NCBI GenBank assembly: GCA_951406725.2
Contig: OX597835.1
Location: 21,452,001-21,516,000 of the forward strand
DNA: 64,000 nt
Reading direction: 5' to 3'
Origin: Octopus vulgaris
Taxonomy: Eukaryota
The notes under the pieces are model-generated. The model ran no database searches, was not told the DNA's origin, and saw only the letters and a list, made by a program, of their open reading frames with translations. Made by a program: the position numbers and the translations under genes. Positions 29,091-43,500 of this stretch are shown here, piece after piece (position 1 is the first letter of the stretch; each line of letters starts with the position of its first letter).

Positions 29091-29104
29091 TATGAATATG
29101 TTTC

Positions 29105-29325
29105 GATGTTATTATTATTATTATTATCATTATTAGTATTGCTCAGGTCACTGCCTGGAATCGAACTGGGAATCTCGGGGTTAGTAGCCTTGGCTCTTAA
29201 CCACTACGCCATATGCCCGTGGGCCGAAACGTTGTGTTAAGATGGGGACAAATATCCGGCAAATGTAAATAGTGTAAATAACGTAAATAATTTATCTAAT
29301 TCCTCATCATTTAAATATAGAACTG
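29105..29325. mobile_element. tRNA-like segment (minus strand, TAA-rich tail) joined to a plus-strand segment starting with a hammerhead 3' half
   Basis: Minus TGGCGTAGTGGTTAAG...AGTTCGATTCC gives A and B boxes. Plus GCCGAAACGTTGTGTT at ~29223-29238. Confidence 0.5.
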
Positions 29326-29359
29326 AAGTAAATGCATGTATGCATGTATATATGTATAG

Positions 29360-29444
<85 letters not shown>

Positions 29445-29542
29445 TTCACTGCTATACTACGTTCGAAATTTACTTTCTTGTCTGTAAAATACCAAACACA
29501 TTCGACGCTTCCAACGTTTGTTTATGAAATGTACATACATAC

Positions 29543-29573
<31 letters not shown>

Positions 29574-29644
29574 CATATATATACATATATATACATATAT
29601 ATACATATACATATATATACATATATATACATATATATATATAC

Positions 29645-29735
<91 letters not shown>

Positions 29736-29857
29736 ATATATAATTTATAGTGATGAATTATACGGTTATGGACGATGTGTCTAGTTTCGGCATATTTGGC
29801 ATTAGAAATTTTATTTCTTTTGCTCTTGTTTATAAGTTGTTTATATATATGTATATA

Positions 29858-30230
29858 TCTTTATATATAAAAGTGAGGTTGTGTGCTGTCTGTCTCCTGC
29901 GATTTAGATTCCTAACTACTCCCACATTTTGCGGTGCAGTTTAACCAAAACCGGGTATCTTATAGTCGTGATTCATATCGAGCCCTTCTGGGTATTAGCG
30001 CACGTCTACGATGAGTCTACGATTTTAAAAAAATTTACCATCAATTTTTCCCATTTTTAATGCATTTTTGGAATATATAAGGGAAGTAACTCTCTAAAAA
30101 TTTATTATTAAATCTCAGAACGTAAAAAGCTACAGTAACAGTCCCCCCCCTTTGTGGTTAGCCATATTGAGATGGCTATTATACTTTACATTTCTAAAAA
30201 TGCTTATATAGTTATTTCCCTTACTGCTAG
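29858..30230 (+). mobile_element. Non-autonomous Helitron, copy 2, 3' hairpin deleted
   Basis: Highly similar to 11526-11904; TC...CTAG ends between A and T. Confidence 0.88.
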
Positions 30231-30807
30231 TATATATATATATATACGTGTGTGTGTGTTTGTGTGTGAATTAATATAAACAGCAGATTGCAATGTTTCA
30301 CCCAAAAAGGACTAGGGCGTTAGAAACACCTACATTGCTAGAAATAAGAGTTAAAATGCCCTACTGCTGTAGTCAACGCACGCAAATGTAAACACATAAA
30401 CACATACTCCTAAAATTTATGGTATTTTTGTCCCTCTTTCTTTTAAGCTATTCTTCAGGAATATGGTTCTCGTGTTTTTATACCGTTTTCTATAATTAGA
30501 GGTAATGGCGTTTGAGTAGAAATATTTTGAGTTCCCTGATATCAGCTTCATCAATAATAGCAACAACAAAAAATTTCCTTGGGAACGAATTTCCACGGAT
30601 GGAAAGTTTATAGGAGTTGATCTGAAGGAAGAAATGAACGAACGGTCGAACGAGGGGGGGAAAAATTGGAAGGAAAGAACGAACGAAACAAACTAACAAA
30701 GAAAGAAACGAATGAGAGAAGGAAAGAACGTAGGAACGAACCAACGGACGGACAGACGGGCAGACGGACGGACGAGGGGGAAAGGAACGAAGGAACGAAG
30801 GTTGGAT

Positions 30808-31210
30808 TGATGGATGGATGGATGGATGGATGGATGGATGGATGGATGGATGGATGGATGGATGGATGGATGGTTGGATGGATAGATGGATGGATGGATG
30901 GATGGATGGTTGGATGGATGGTTGGATTGATGGATGGTTAGATGGATGGATGGATGGATGGATGGATGGATGGTTGGAAGGATGGATGGATGGTTCGATG
31001 GATGGATGGATGGTTCGATGGATGGTTGGATGGATGGTTCGATGGATGGTTGGATGGATGGTTAGATGGATGGATGGATGGATGGATGGATGGATGGATG
31101 GATGGATGGTTGGATGGATGGTTGGAAGGATGGATGGATGGATGGTTCGATGGATGGATGGATGGTTTGATGGATGGTTGGATGGATGGTTAGATGGATG
31201 GATGGATGCA
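30808..31210. repeat. (GGAT)n microsatellite with GGTT/TCGAT variants
   Basis: Seen directly. Confidence 0.95.
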
Positions 31211-31947
31211 TGCATGCATGAATGATTAAATAGATGGATGGAGGGTGGAACGCTGGATGGTACCTGTAGTTCAAAGATCAACATTGTCACACATTAAGAA
31301 CCGCTCACCTTTGCGTTTTGTGTAGACGTGTCCATGGAATACACGGCCAATTTAAGTTTCAATAGGAAGATAATTTAGTTCACCTAACAACAAACAGAGT
31401 CATCGCCGAAACCGACGGAGACTCATTTACTGTGAGTGTAAGTTCGTATGTGTGTGTGTGTGTGTGTGTGTGTGTTTACATCAGCGTGTTTGCGTGTGCA
31501 TGTGTATGTGTATGTTTGTGTGTGTGTTTGTGTATTTTTCTTCAATATGTTCATCTGTGTGCATGTGTATGCGCTTCTATGTGTCAGTGTTTGTGTGCGA
31601 GTGTATGTGGGTGTGCGCTTGTGTGTGTATGTGTAAGTGCGTGCTTATGTGTTTGTTTCAGTGTTTGTATGTGTGCGTGTGATTCAGATATATGTATACA
31701 TATATGTATATTTGTGTGTGTGTATATATAGCGTATATATATATATAGAGAGAGAGAGAGAGGGGGAGAGAAGGAAGAAAGAAAGAAAGAAAGAAAGACA
31801 GCCAGACAGACAGACACAGAGTTGTGTTGCCGTGAGTTTTATAGTATTGACTGCATCATCCAATCAGAACATTAGACGTGTCATCCTCGTATCTGTAAAA
31901 CTGTTCTCTCTCTCTCTCTTTCTCTCTTTCTCTCTCTCTCTGCCCCC

Positions 31948-31985
<38 letters not shown>

Positions 31986-32889
31986 CCTCTATATTTATGT
32001 GCGTGTGTATATATGTATGTACGCACACAAACACACACAGTCGCATTCTTTTTAATCTAGCATTTAAACATCATTCATATTTGTTTTATGTAAGCGATTA
32101 TTATTATGGATTTAATTATAAATCTGAAGATTGTTCATTTTGTAAGAGGACAATATTTTAATATTGACAGAAGGCTCCAACAAACACCGAAATTTTCTGA
32201 GAAGCAACCAAGGAACCGGGTCTCTCACACATCAATACTTTATTTTCCATTTCCTTTTTTTTTTTTCTTTTTAATGTCCTTATGTCTTTTAGTAAACATT
32301 TCCAAGAGACAAAAATTCTTATTAAAAACCACTCGCAACGGACGTGGTTTACCTCAAGACGATCGAATTTCTATTGTCAAATAGTAATTAGAAAAACTAC
32401 AAAGTGAAAACTCCTTTGGGACATGCAAGCTTTTGAGGACGTTCACCAGTTTCATCGATATTACACGCAACGCTTCGGTAGGAGGTCGACAACAATATGT
32501 TCAAGAAGATCTCAATCATAATGGCGGTTTATAAAAACATCAAAGACAATAGAAGTTCCGAAAATTACTTGATACTTGAAGAAGTAAAAACTAAAATTAA
32601 ATTAAGAAATCTCTGTTATACAGCATCATATCACAGATCTCAACTAACACATTGTAATACGCTAGAGTATTACAAGATACTACATTATGTATACAACATT
32701 GCAGCACCACTCTGTACTAGCGCAGTGTACCATCCTTTCTTATTATATCTTATTTGATTCTATAACACTACCACATTGCACCAAACCACAAGACTCTACA
32801 TCACTCTGCTCTGTACTACGCCGCTAAAGCATACTATGCTACAACACTGCGTTAAACTACAGTATTGCAACAGTCATGCGACACTAGCA

Positions 32890-33289
32890 CAGAGTGGCTG
32901 TGAGGTAAAAAAAAAAACTTGCTTCCAAACCACAAGGTTCCGAGTTCAGTCCCGCTGCGTGGCATCATGGATGGGTGTTTTCTACTATAGCTTCGGACCG
33001 ACCAAAGCCTTGGGAATGGATTTGGTTGACGGAAAGTGAAACAAGCCCGATGTGTATGTGTGTAGGTGTGTGTGTGGAGTGTGTGTGCATGTGTGTGTTT
33101 GTATGTGTGTGTTTGTGTGTCTGTAAGTCCCCACAACCGCACACTCATATATGTATATATACGCACACATGTAAATGTAGAACGATGAAATGAGAGTTCA
33201 ACACCGCATAGGTGGAAAAATAATTTCTTTAATTCACAAATAAAGAATGTGTATACATATATATATATATATGTATGTATGTATATATA

Positions 33290-33325
<36 letters not shown>

Positions 33326-33630
33326 TGTATGCATGTATGTATTATGTATGTATGTATATTATATATATATAATAAATATATATACAATATATGTGTGTGT
33401 CTATGTGTGTAGACACGACCGCACGTGCACACGCACACGCGTACAGCGTACATATTCATCCTTCTATCTATTTCAAGCCCCAAACCTCATTTTCCTGCCG
33501 TTGGTGTGTTTACATCCCCATAATCTAGCGGTTCGGTAAAAAGTGACCGATAGAATAAGCATTCATTCGACAAAAAATTCTTGAAGGCGGTGTTCTAGCA
33601 TGGCCGCAGTCTAATCACTGAATTAAATCA
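32890..33630 (+). mobile_element. Diverged SINE family A with an expanded internal microsatellite
   Basis: Head and core at 32890-33050; tail half at ~33495-33630. Confidence 0.7.
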
Positions 33631-33777
33631 AAATAATAAAGATACCACACTACTTCACACAATATCTCACTGCATTACTACACGACTATACATATCTCTA
33701 CCACACAGCATCACACATTATTGCAATATGCTATACTACACAGCAATATGCCACACTATACTGCACTGAAACTACAC

Positions 33778-34010
33778 TCCCACAATGCTCTCTACACTTT
33801 CACAGTGTCCTACACTCAAATAATGCCCTACATTCCCACAATGCCCTACACTTCCAAAATCCCCCATTCCAACAATGCTCTACACTCCCAAAATGCCTAC
33901 ACATCCACAATGCTCTATACTCCTACAATGCCCTACGCTCCTAAAATGTCATACACTCCCAAAATGCTTGCATTATCACAATTCCTTACACTCCCGCAAT
34001 GCCTTACGCT
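33778..34010. repeat. Degenerate ~18-bp minisatellite (consensus CCACAATGCCCTACACTC), about 13 copies
   Basis: Recurrent CAATGCCCTACAC units. Confidence 0.75.
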
Positions 34011-34116
34011 ATCCGTCCACTGTAAATAATGTAGGGTCGATTTGTGCTACTGAACCTTTTCTTGGCGGTGCCGTAGCATGGCCGCATTCCGGTAACTGAA
34101 ACAAGTAGAAATAATA

Positions 34117-34131
34117 TACAGATAGATAGAC

Positions 34132-34184
<53 letters not shown>

Positions 34185-34186
34185 CT

Positions 34187-34218
<32 letters not shown>

Positions 34219-34380
34219 GGCAGACAGCAGACAGGCAGACAGGCAGACAGGCAGACAGGCAGACAGGCAGACAGACAGGCAGGCAGACAGACAGGCAGGC
34301 AGGCAGGCAGACAGGCAGACAGGCAGTCAGAGAGGCAGACAGACAGATAGATAGACAGACAGATTGACAGATCGATAGAC

Positions 34381-34455
<75 letters not shown>

Positions 34456-34483
34456 CACAGACAGACAGACAGATAGATAGATA
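34117..34483. repeat. Compound (AGAT)/(AGAC)/(AGGC) microsatellite
   Basis: Seen directly. Confidence 0.95.
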
Positions 34484-34741
34484 GAACGAAAGTTGGGATA
34501 GTCACGGCGGAAACTTTATAAGCTCTACTCGGTCAGAAATGGCATGTAGACTAAATATAAAATATAACAACATTAACAACCGCAACCACAGTTGCCTAAA
34601 TTGTCAATACCAACAATAGCGAAATCTAAAACATCAATTACGTTCCTGCCTTGTAGACTGGATATGTAAAATACGATTCTGACATAATAACACAATTGAA
34701 GTTACGTAACTTGTAGTTAATTAAATGTATTGAAAAATAAC

Positions 34742-34790
<49 letters not shown>

Positions 34791-35033
34791 GCAACATTCA
34801 AAATAATATTCAAAATAAGAAAAAGAAGAGGTACCTTAAAAATTACAATACCAACAGCAACAACAGCAGCAGCAGCGGCAATAACAACAACAACAACAAC
34901 AACAACAATAATAATAATAATAACAACAACAACAACAATGTCTTCATGCTACAAAACTAAAATATAACGAAAGTAATTATAGCAGTAATAATAAGAATCT
35001 TTAATGTACATAATACAAAGAAGAATTTTTTCC

Positions 35034-35070
<37 letters not shown>

Positions 35071-35103
35071 CGAGATGACGACGACGACGACGACGACGAC
35101 GAC

Positions 35104-35141
<38 letters not shown>

Positions 35142-35236
35142 CGACGACGACGATGATGACGAGGATGACGAGGATGATGATGATGATGATGATGATGAAT
35201 ATGGTATAGGTGATTATGACGAATACGATGACTAGA

Positions 35237-35267
<31 letters not shown>

Positions 35268-35297
35268 GGGGGAGGAGGAGGAGGAGGACGACGACGA

Positions 35298-35332
<35 letters not shown>

Positions 35333-35468
35333 ACGAAGATGATAATGATGATGATGATGACGCGACCATAATAACGATGATGAAGATGAAGATGACGACG
35401 ACGATGATGACGATGATGACGATGATGATGATGGATGATGATGATGATGATGACGACGACGATGATGA
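35034..35468. repeat. (GAT)n/(GAC)n microsatellite
   Basis: Seen directly. Confidence 0.95.
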
Positions 35469-35940
35469 ATACCCTACAAGCCGCCAAAATAGCAACAATG
35501 CCAGTGTAGCTCTACCAGCATCAGCTGAATCTATTGCTTCAATTATTTCCGACAGATGCCACCATTTTTTCATTAGTCTTTCGAATAATATAAATGTCTG
35601 TCTTGTTCTCAGCACAACGCCACAGACAAATGTTCTCTTTGTCCGCTTTTTTTTTTCAAATTCTTTTTCTGCATTATGTGCATATGGTTAGATATAGCGC
35701 TGCACACGTGCTTATATGCATATACGTATATATATATCGTGACGCATATTTGCCATTTGAATATGGCTAACCCCTGGATGCTACTGTAGTTTGTAGCTCC
35801 AGCTGGCTATAGACACACTATCTGTGCCCTATCAGTATTTATGAAGGGAAGTCATCCTTCCCGTCTTCAACTTATGATACACACGGACTCGAGTTTCAAG
35901 GTGTTTATCTATCATCAGCGTGTGACAATCATATATATAT

Positions 35941-36343
35941 ATTCTTTTACTTGTTTCAGTCATTTGACTGCGGCCATGCTGGAGCACCGCCTTTTAGTCG
36001 AGCAAATCGATCCTAGGACTTATTCTTTGTAAGCCTAGTACTTATTCTATCGGTCTCTTTTGCCGAACCGCTAAGTTACGGGTACGTAAACACACCAGCA
36101 TCGGTTGCCCAAGCGATATTGGGGGACAAACACAGACACACAAACATACACACACATATTTATACATATATACGACGAGCTTCATTCACATCCAGTTTAC
36201 TTCTACTAAATCCGCTCAAAAGGCTTTGGTCGGCCCGAGGCTATAGTAGAAGACACTTGCTCAAGGCGTCACGCAGTGGAACTGAATCCAGGACCATGTG
36301 GTTGGTAAGCAAGCTACTTACCACACAGCCACTCCTGCACCTA
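35941..36343 (-). mobile_element. SINE family A, full length
   Basis: Tail, core and head all present. Confidence 0.9.
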
Positions 36344-36969
36344 TATAATATCTACCAATATATATATATACTACACGTATCAACATATATAATTGTAATT
36401 CCCAGAACTAGACACACGCATCCCTTCAAACTGAATATTTATAACACATGTCATTTCTACATCCGTTCGTATGACAATCACATAGACTTGAGGTTTGACG
36501 AATTGTCTAAATTATTCAAAACTATATATGAAATATTAATTCTCACAAAACTGCAAGATAAGCAAAATTGTAATTACTAAAGACAGATAAAAAAATTTGT
36601 TTCGCCTTTATTAAAATTCAGGTTTCTTTTCATTTTTGCTATCATTATAATAGTTATTTTATTTTTTATATCGCATTATTTTCATTATTATTTAAATAGA
36701 AAATGTGTATTCGTGTGAGAGCACATGTAAGCTGTTGTTTGTATGTGAGAATCTGTAGAGTTATGTGTGTATATGTATTTGAACAGAGAAGTAATTTCCA
36801 ATATTTGTCTGCATGTGTGTGTATGTGTGTGTGTGGGGGCACTTGTCTGTGAATGCTTCTGTATGTATATACATATCTGTATGTCAGAGTGCACATATAT
36901 GTGTGTGTGTACATACACACAAAACAAGTGCATATGTATGCGTGAAGTGCACATATCTATACACTTCAG

Positions 36970-37018
36970 TATATATATTTATATATGTAAATATATATAG
37001 ATATATATACATATAAGC

Positions 37019-37075
<57 letters not shown>

Positions 37076-37184
37076 CAACACACATATACACATATATGCA
37101 TATACTCACTCATAACGTTTGTGTGTACTTGTGTTTGTATACATATACATATATATACATACATACATATCCATATATATATAA

Positions 37185-37257
<73 letters not shown>

Positions 37258-37326
37258 CATACACATATATAGAGAGATATATATTTATATATATATAAAT
37301 ACATACAAATATAAATCTATATATAA

Positions 37327-37410
<84 letters not shown>

Positions 37411-37681
37411 ACCCCTGCATAAAATAGTTCATGTGAGTACGTGTAGGTGTTTGTGCGTCTGTAGTCATGAGCAAATTTGCAAATAACATTCTCTGTTAAC
37501 AACAGTAATATTTAGTGACATAAATGAAATTAAATGGCAAGAAAGTAAATGGAATGAACACTAAAAGACTGCTAATGCTGCTGTGATGTAGTGATTCTCT
37601 TGAGACATCTTTGAACCAGAAGGATTCAGGTTCCCTTCCTATCTTCTCTACTCAGTAATTTTATTTTTGTTTACATCCATG

Positions 37682-37748
<67 letters not shown>

Positions 37749-37987
37749 TTAGATAGATATAGCTACACACATATATACATATATATATATACATACACAT
37801 ATATACTTATATATATACATACATGTGTGTGTATGTGTGTTTATACATACACATGCATTTGTTTGTATGCCTGTTTATGTATGTATGTTTATATGTATGT
37901 GATTGCATAAGTATATAACATGAATTATTTTTGTTTTTCAGTAAAATTTATGCAATCTTGTCTTATAAACAAATAAACATTTACTGA

Positions 37988-38030
<43 letters not shown>

Positions 38031-38154
38031 GTATAAATATATGAATGTATTCACTTATAATATATATATCTATGCATGTATATATGTATATATATATATA
38101 TATATATATGTGTATATATATATGAATGTATACATTTATAATATATATCTTATG

Positions 38155-38192
<38 letters not shown>

Positions 38193-38249
38193 ATATGTAT
38201 ATATATGTGTATAAATATATGAATGTACACATTTATATGTATCTATGCA

Positions 38250-38289
<40 letters not shown>

Positions 38290-38330
38290 GTATAAATATG
38301 TGAATGTATACATTTATAATATATCTTATG

Positions 38331-38361
<31 letters not shown>

Positions 38362-38402
38362 GTATAAATATATGAATGTATACATTTATATGTATCTATG
38401 CA

Positions 38403-38439
<37 letters not shown>

Positions 38440-38605
38440 ATAAATATATGAATATATACATTTATAATATATATCTATGCATATATGTATATATATATAT
38501 ATTATTATTATTATTATTATTATGTTATAAATGTATGCATGTATACATATGTTATATATATCTCCACATGTATGTATTTATTATATATATATATACATAT
38601 ACATC

Positions 38606-38642
<37 letters not shown>

Positions 38643-38645
38643 ATC

Positions 38646-38677
<32 letters not shown>

Positions 38678-38700
38678 TGTAAATATACACATGCATACAT
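36970..38700. repeat. (TA)n-dominated low-complexity region with a recurrent TGTGTATAAATATATGAATGTA unit
   Basis: Multiple long TA runs; the unit recurs across ~38025-38490. Confidence 0.85.
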
Positions 38701-39383
38701 ACGATGATTACAATTACCTGTATTCCGACCAAATTTGAAGGCCTATTTGCCTCTTATATTAAGTTGTGTACCTTGTGTGCCGTGTTATGAGTTGCGGTGT
38801 ATATTTAGTTGGATAGGAGAGGTTAGGACTAAATTTTCCATTTCAATTTATATTTTGCAGGTTAGATTTTTTCGATAATCAAGCACAACTCAATTTACAT
38901 CAGAGTTTAAGAGAAATCAGTTTCCCTTATATAAATTGCGAATGCATAAGAACATCTCATTTGTTGGAAACATAAGTCTATAAAGCAAATCTCCCAGATA
39001 TTTTGTATAATATATATCTTCATATACACACAAATATATATATAAATATGTACACACGCATAAATATATGTATATATATATATGAATATATGTGTGTGCG
39101 TATGTATATATTTAGAAACACGTATTACATTGGTCAACTTGTGTGTTTACGCGCAAAAAATATATTCATATATTCATCAATATGTGAACTAGATTGCGTA
39201 TATTTTAGTTTCAGATGAAGAAGAGGCTGATTCCTTATGCAACGCTTCATGAACCGATTGAAGTATGGAAGCAATTGAAGTTTGGAAGCAGTTAATACAT
39301 ACAGGGGGAGATGGGAAGGGAGAGAGAGAGAGAGAGGGAGAAAGACAGACAGATAGGTAGATAGATAGATATATAGATAGATG

Positions 39384-39456
<73 letters not shown>

Positions 39457-39662
39457 ATTGTGTATGTGTGTGTGTGTGTCGTTATGTCTGTGTGTCTTTG
39501 TGTCTGTGTTTGTCTTCCCCATAACATTGCGATTCGGCAAAAGAGACCGATAAAGCAAGTACCAGGCTTTAGAAAATAAGTACCGGGGTTGCTTCGTTTG
39601 ACTAAAAATGTTCTTGAAAGCGTGCACCGGCATGGCCACAGTCTAATGACTGATACAAGAAA

Positions 39663-39702
<40 letters not shown>

Positions 39703-40253
39703 ACATATAAGGGATGGCTATAATAGGACATCCGACTCACTAGAAAGAGCAGCTAAACTCCAAACCACTAATAGTTGTAATTCTGAAATGGAAAGAGAAA
39801 TAAAAACGTTTACCCTTTCCTTTCTGGACTATGCATAGTTTCGGCAATCTTTTGTAAACAAATTAAATTAAATTAAATTTATTTACCACTGGCGTTGCAC
39901 ACATCAGCAGAAAAGCCAAGGACTACCATATATTCACGAGGCGATAACGCGCAAGCCTCGAGTCTATATGCTATATATTTTCAAAATCCACCGCATTCGC
40001 GCGGTTTACTCAGCAGTAAATATAAACTACCGATTTAATTTCAAAATTAGCCAAAAAAAATCATTAATTAATAAATTTTAAGGTAGCAAAAAATTCTAGA
40101 AAAATTCTCCGCTACCAGCGGTCAAGTGAGAAAGAAAAAAATAGTCAATAGACTATATAATATACATTCAAACATATAAGGGATGGCCATAATAGGACAT
40201 CCGACTCACTAGATACATATATATACATTATATATATACATATATATATGTAT

Positions 40254-40326
<73 letters not shown>

Positions 40327-40373
40327 CATACACATATACATATATATGTGTATCTATGTACAGAGAGAGATGA

Positions 40374-40493
40374 GGGAGAGGGAGTAAGAGAGAGGGAGAG
40401 GGAGTAAGAGAGAGGGAGAGGGAGTAAGAGAGAGGGAGAGGGAGTAAGAGAGAGGGAGAGGGAGTAAGAGAGAGGGAGAGGGAGTAAGAGAGA
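40374..40493. repeat. 20-bp purine-rich tandem repeat GGGAGAGGGAGTAAGAGAGA, about 6 copies
   Basis: Period 20, perfect copies. Confidence 0.92.
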
Positions 40494-41332
40494 GGTCGGG
40501 AGAGGAGGAGGAGGTGGAGGAGGAGAGCGATGTTTCGAATTGACATCGGTAGAGTTCGCATTTTATTTGTCAGTTGTTTCAGGAAAACAGAAGGTTCACA
40601 GAAAGATGAAAGACCGCAAATATGTGCTCTGTGCTTTTTTTCGTTATAGTTGCTGTTATTGTTGTTTTTCACAGTAAATAGTCTATGAAAAGCAATAGAA
40701 TGATAGATTAGCCATGATATGTTTTATTGCGACTGATTTTTTTTATGATGTACATACGTGTGACATTTATAAATTTGAACCCGTGACCGTTCTGTTTGTA
40801 AACAAACGTCTTCTTCCTACTCAATCGTATCTCGGCCTTTTTTCAAGTTCTTTCTTGTTTTCCCTCAGTTTCAATAAGTTGCTGTGGTTGTTATAGTTGT
40901 TGTTGCTGCTGCGGCATTTATTTTTGTTATTGTTAGCCCTAAATCAGACTTCTTCTAGCTGACGTATGTTCAAAAGAGTTCAAGCCACAAAAATCCCTTG
41001 TTTATTATTGCATCATATATATTTATTTTTGCGTTTTCGTTCTCGTTGAGTTCTGCGTCTATTTGTGGTGTCCTGTACTCACGTATATATATATTTCTAT
41101 ATGCATGTATATATACATGTAGATATAGGTACGTACATATATGTATGTATGTATGCATATATTTTATTTATTACACTATTGTATGACTGAGCGCCTTCGC
41201 TTCGATTCGATTCGATTCGTTCCGTTTCGTTTCTTCTTCTTCTCCCAGTACAGTTTATATATATATATATAAATATGTATATTTATATATAGGACTACTT
41301 TGTTGTACTTTTTTATAAGCAGTAGAGTGTTT

Positions 41333-41803
41333 TAGTTAGTTAGTTAGTTAGTTAGTTAATTTGGCTCAAAAGCAAATAGCAAGGCCATGTAGGGAGACAT
41401 GGAGTTAAGTACAGGGTGGTGTTCATGTAAAGAGTTCAGGCCACTTGAGGTCAAGGGAGGCTTTGAACAAAGCGGTCGTCGGCATCTTCACCATCTCGTC
41501 TGGCAGCTTGTTCCACGGATCCGCAACCCGGACGGAGAAAGCTCCTCTCCTTCGATTGAGATGAAATCGCCACAGGTAGAGCTTTTCGGAATGACCCCGC
41601 AGCCGACGCTCTGGAGCAGGAGTGAAGAACAGCTCTTTCGAGAGGTTACACTTTCCGCTTATGATGTTGTGGGCGAGAATGAGATCACCACGGCGGCGGC
41701 GTTTTTCAAGAGAATAAAGGTCGAGCGTCCTCAGCCTTTCTTCGTAGGACAAATTTTTGAGACCATGAACCATGCAGGTAGCCAGCTTCTGGACTCTTTC
41801 GAG
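41333..41803 (-). mobile_element. CR1-type LINE, 5'-truncated 3' end with (TAAC)n tail
   Basis: [41 protein letters not shown]...LRGH..KL...FSVRV..WN.LP is typical of CR1 ORF2 C-termini. Short 3' UTR and tetranucleotide tail. Confidence 0.88.
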
Positions 41804-41949
41804 ATACGCAATTATTATAAGCAGATCGACTACGCACAGGCTCCCAAGCTGGTGAGTTCAATATTCAATGTATATATTGTAAAGATGTGCAACGTTCAAT
41901 ATGATATACATTGATTGATTGATGCATACATACATACATATATATATAT

Positions 41950-42159
41950 TCTTTACTCTTTTATTTGTTTTCGCCATTTCACTGCAGCCATGCTGGAGCA
42001 CCGCCTTTAGTCGAACAAATCGACTCCAAGACTTATTCTTTGTAAGCCTAGTACTTATACTATTGGTCCTGTTTACCGAATCGTTAGGAGTTACGGGGAT
42101 GTAAACACACCAACATTGGTTGTCAAGCGATGGTGGGAACAAACACAGAAAAAAACATA

Positions 42160-42191
<32 letters not shown>

Positions 42192-43190
42192 CATATATAT
42201 GTATATATATATATATGATTGATTGATTGATTGATTAATTGATTGATTCTAGTTTCAGCTTATGAGCTGTGGCCATGCTGGGGCACCGCCATTTGGTGTT
42301 GCTACTTGGTTTCACTTCACGAAAGCTTTCTAGCAACTGCCATTTGGTGCATGAGAGAGTTCGATGCAGCTGCCCTCATCTGCCCCTCCTGCCGTGAAGT
42401 TGGTTCATCTGGGACACCTGACAGGAAGAGATCCAGCTTCATTTTAAAGACATCTGCATCCACCCCATGCAGGTCTCTCAGGTTCTTCGGGAGGATATTG
42501 AAGAGCTGTGGGCCTCGGAAGCCCAGGCTATCACAGAATCTTGTCCTACATCTTGATGGCAAGTTTGGAGTCCTAGGCACCACGCAGTGGCGCCCAGTTC
42601 TGGCATTTGCGTAACTCTCGATGCCAAAGTTCAGGACACGTCCCTCCAGGATCTTCCAGATGTATATTATGGCATATCTTTCCCGCCTACGCTCCAGGGA
42701 ATATAGTTTTAATCTCTTGAGTCTTTCCCAGTAGCTTACATTCTGCATAGAGGCTATCTTCTTCGTGTAGCTACGTTGGATCGCCTCGAGCTCTGTGATC
42801 AACTTGACACTGGATGGTGACCATAACTGAGAGCAGTAGTCAAAGTGGTTTAGGACAAGTGTCCTCCAGAGGACCATCATGGTTTCTTGTTCTCTTGTTC
42901 TAAAGGTTCTGAGGATCCATCCGGCCAGTCGTCTACATTTCATTGCCAATTTAGCAACATGTACACGAAAGGTCGCGTCATCACTCATGTAAATACCTAG
43001 GTCACGCACTGATTGTGCCTCTGGGATTGCTATTCCTCCGGGTCCAGTGTATTCATTGGGTATTGCATTTAGTTTTGCATGCTGATAGTATAGAGCTTGA
43101 AACTTTTCAGCATTGAACTGCATGCTATTCTTTTCGGCCCACTTGTATATTTTGTCCAGCTCACATTGCAGGTGTTTAGTGTCCTCAGGG

Positions 43191-43221
<31 letters not shown>

Positions 43222-43378
43222 CATACATATGCGATGGGCTTCTTTCAGTTTCCGCCTACCAAATCCACTCACAATGCTTTGGTCGGGCTGAGGCAATAGT
43301 AGAAGACAATTGGCGAAGTGGGACTGAACCTGTAACCGTGTGGTTGTTAAGGAAGTTACTTACCACACAGCTACTCCT
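41950..43378 (-). mobile_element. SINE family A split by a CR1 insertion in its internal TA tract
   Basis: Tail half at 41950-42150, head half at 43230-43378. Confidence 0.85.
42217..43196 (-). mobile_element. CR1-type LINE (second family), 5'-truncated, open ORF2 C-terminus, (AATC)n tail
   Basis: LQCELDKIYKW..N.MQFNAEK, VRDLGIYM, ILRTF, DYCSQLWSP, LEAIQR, YWERLKRLKLYSLERRRERY, FNILP. Stop at 42317. Confidence 0.9.
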
Positions 43379-43411
43379 ATATACATATGTATATATATAT
43401 ATATATATATA

Positions 43412-43500
43412 AATAATATTAATTAGAGACAAAACCACTATTTTGTAAAACAAACAAGGAAAGACTTAATCAATACATAAAATTTTAATAAAAAGTTAAA

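Noticed and set aside
39215-39300. Possible small exon after TTTTAGTTTCAG (DEEEADSLCNAS* or MKKRLIPY...)
   Set aside because: No recognisable homology or partner exons; cannot be supported without transcript data.
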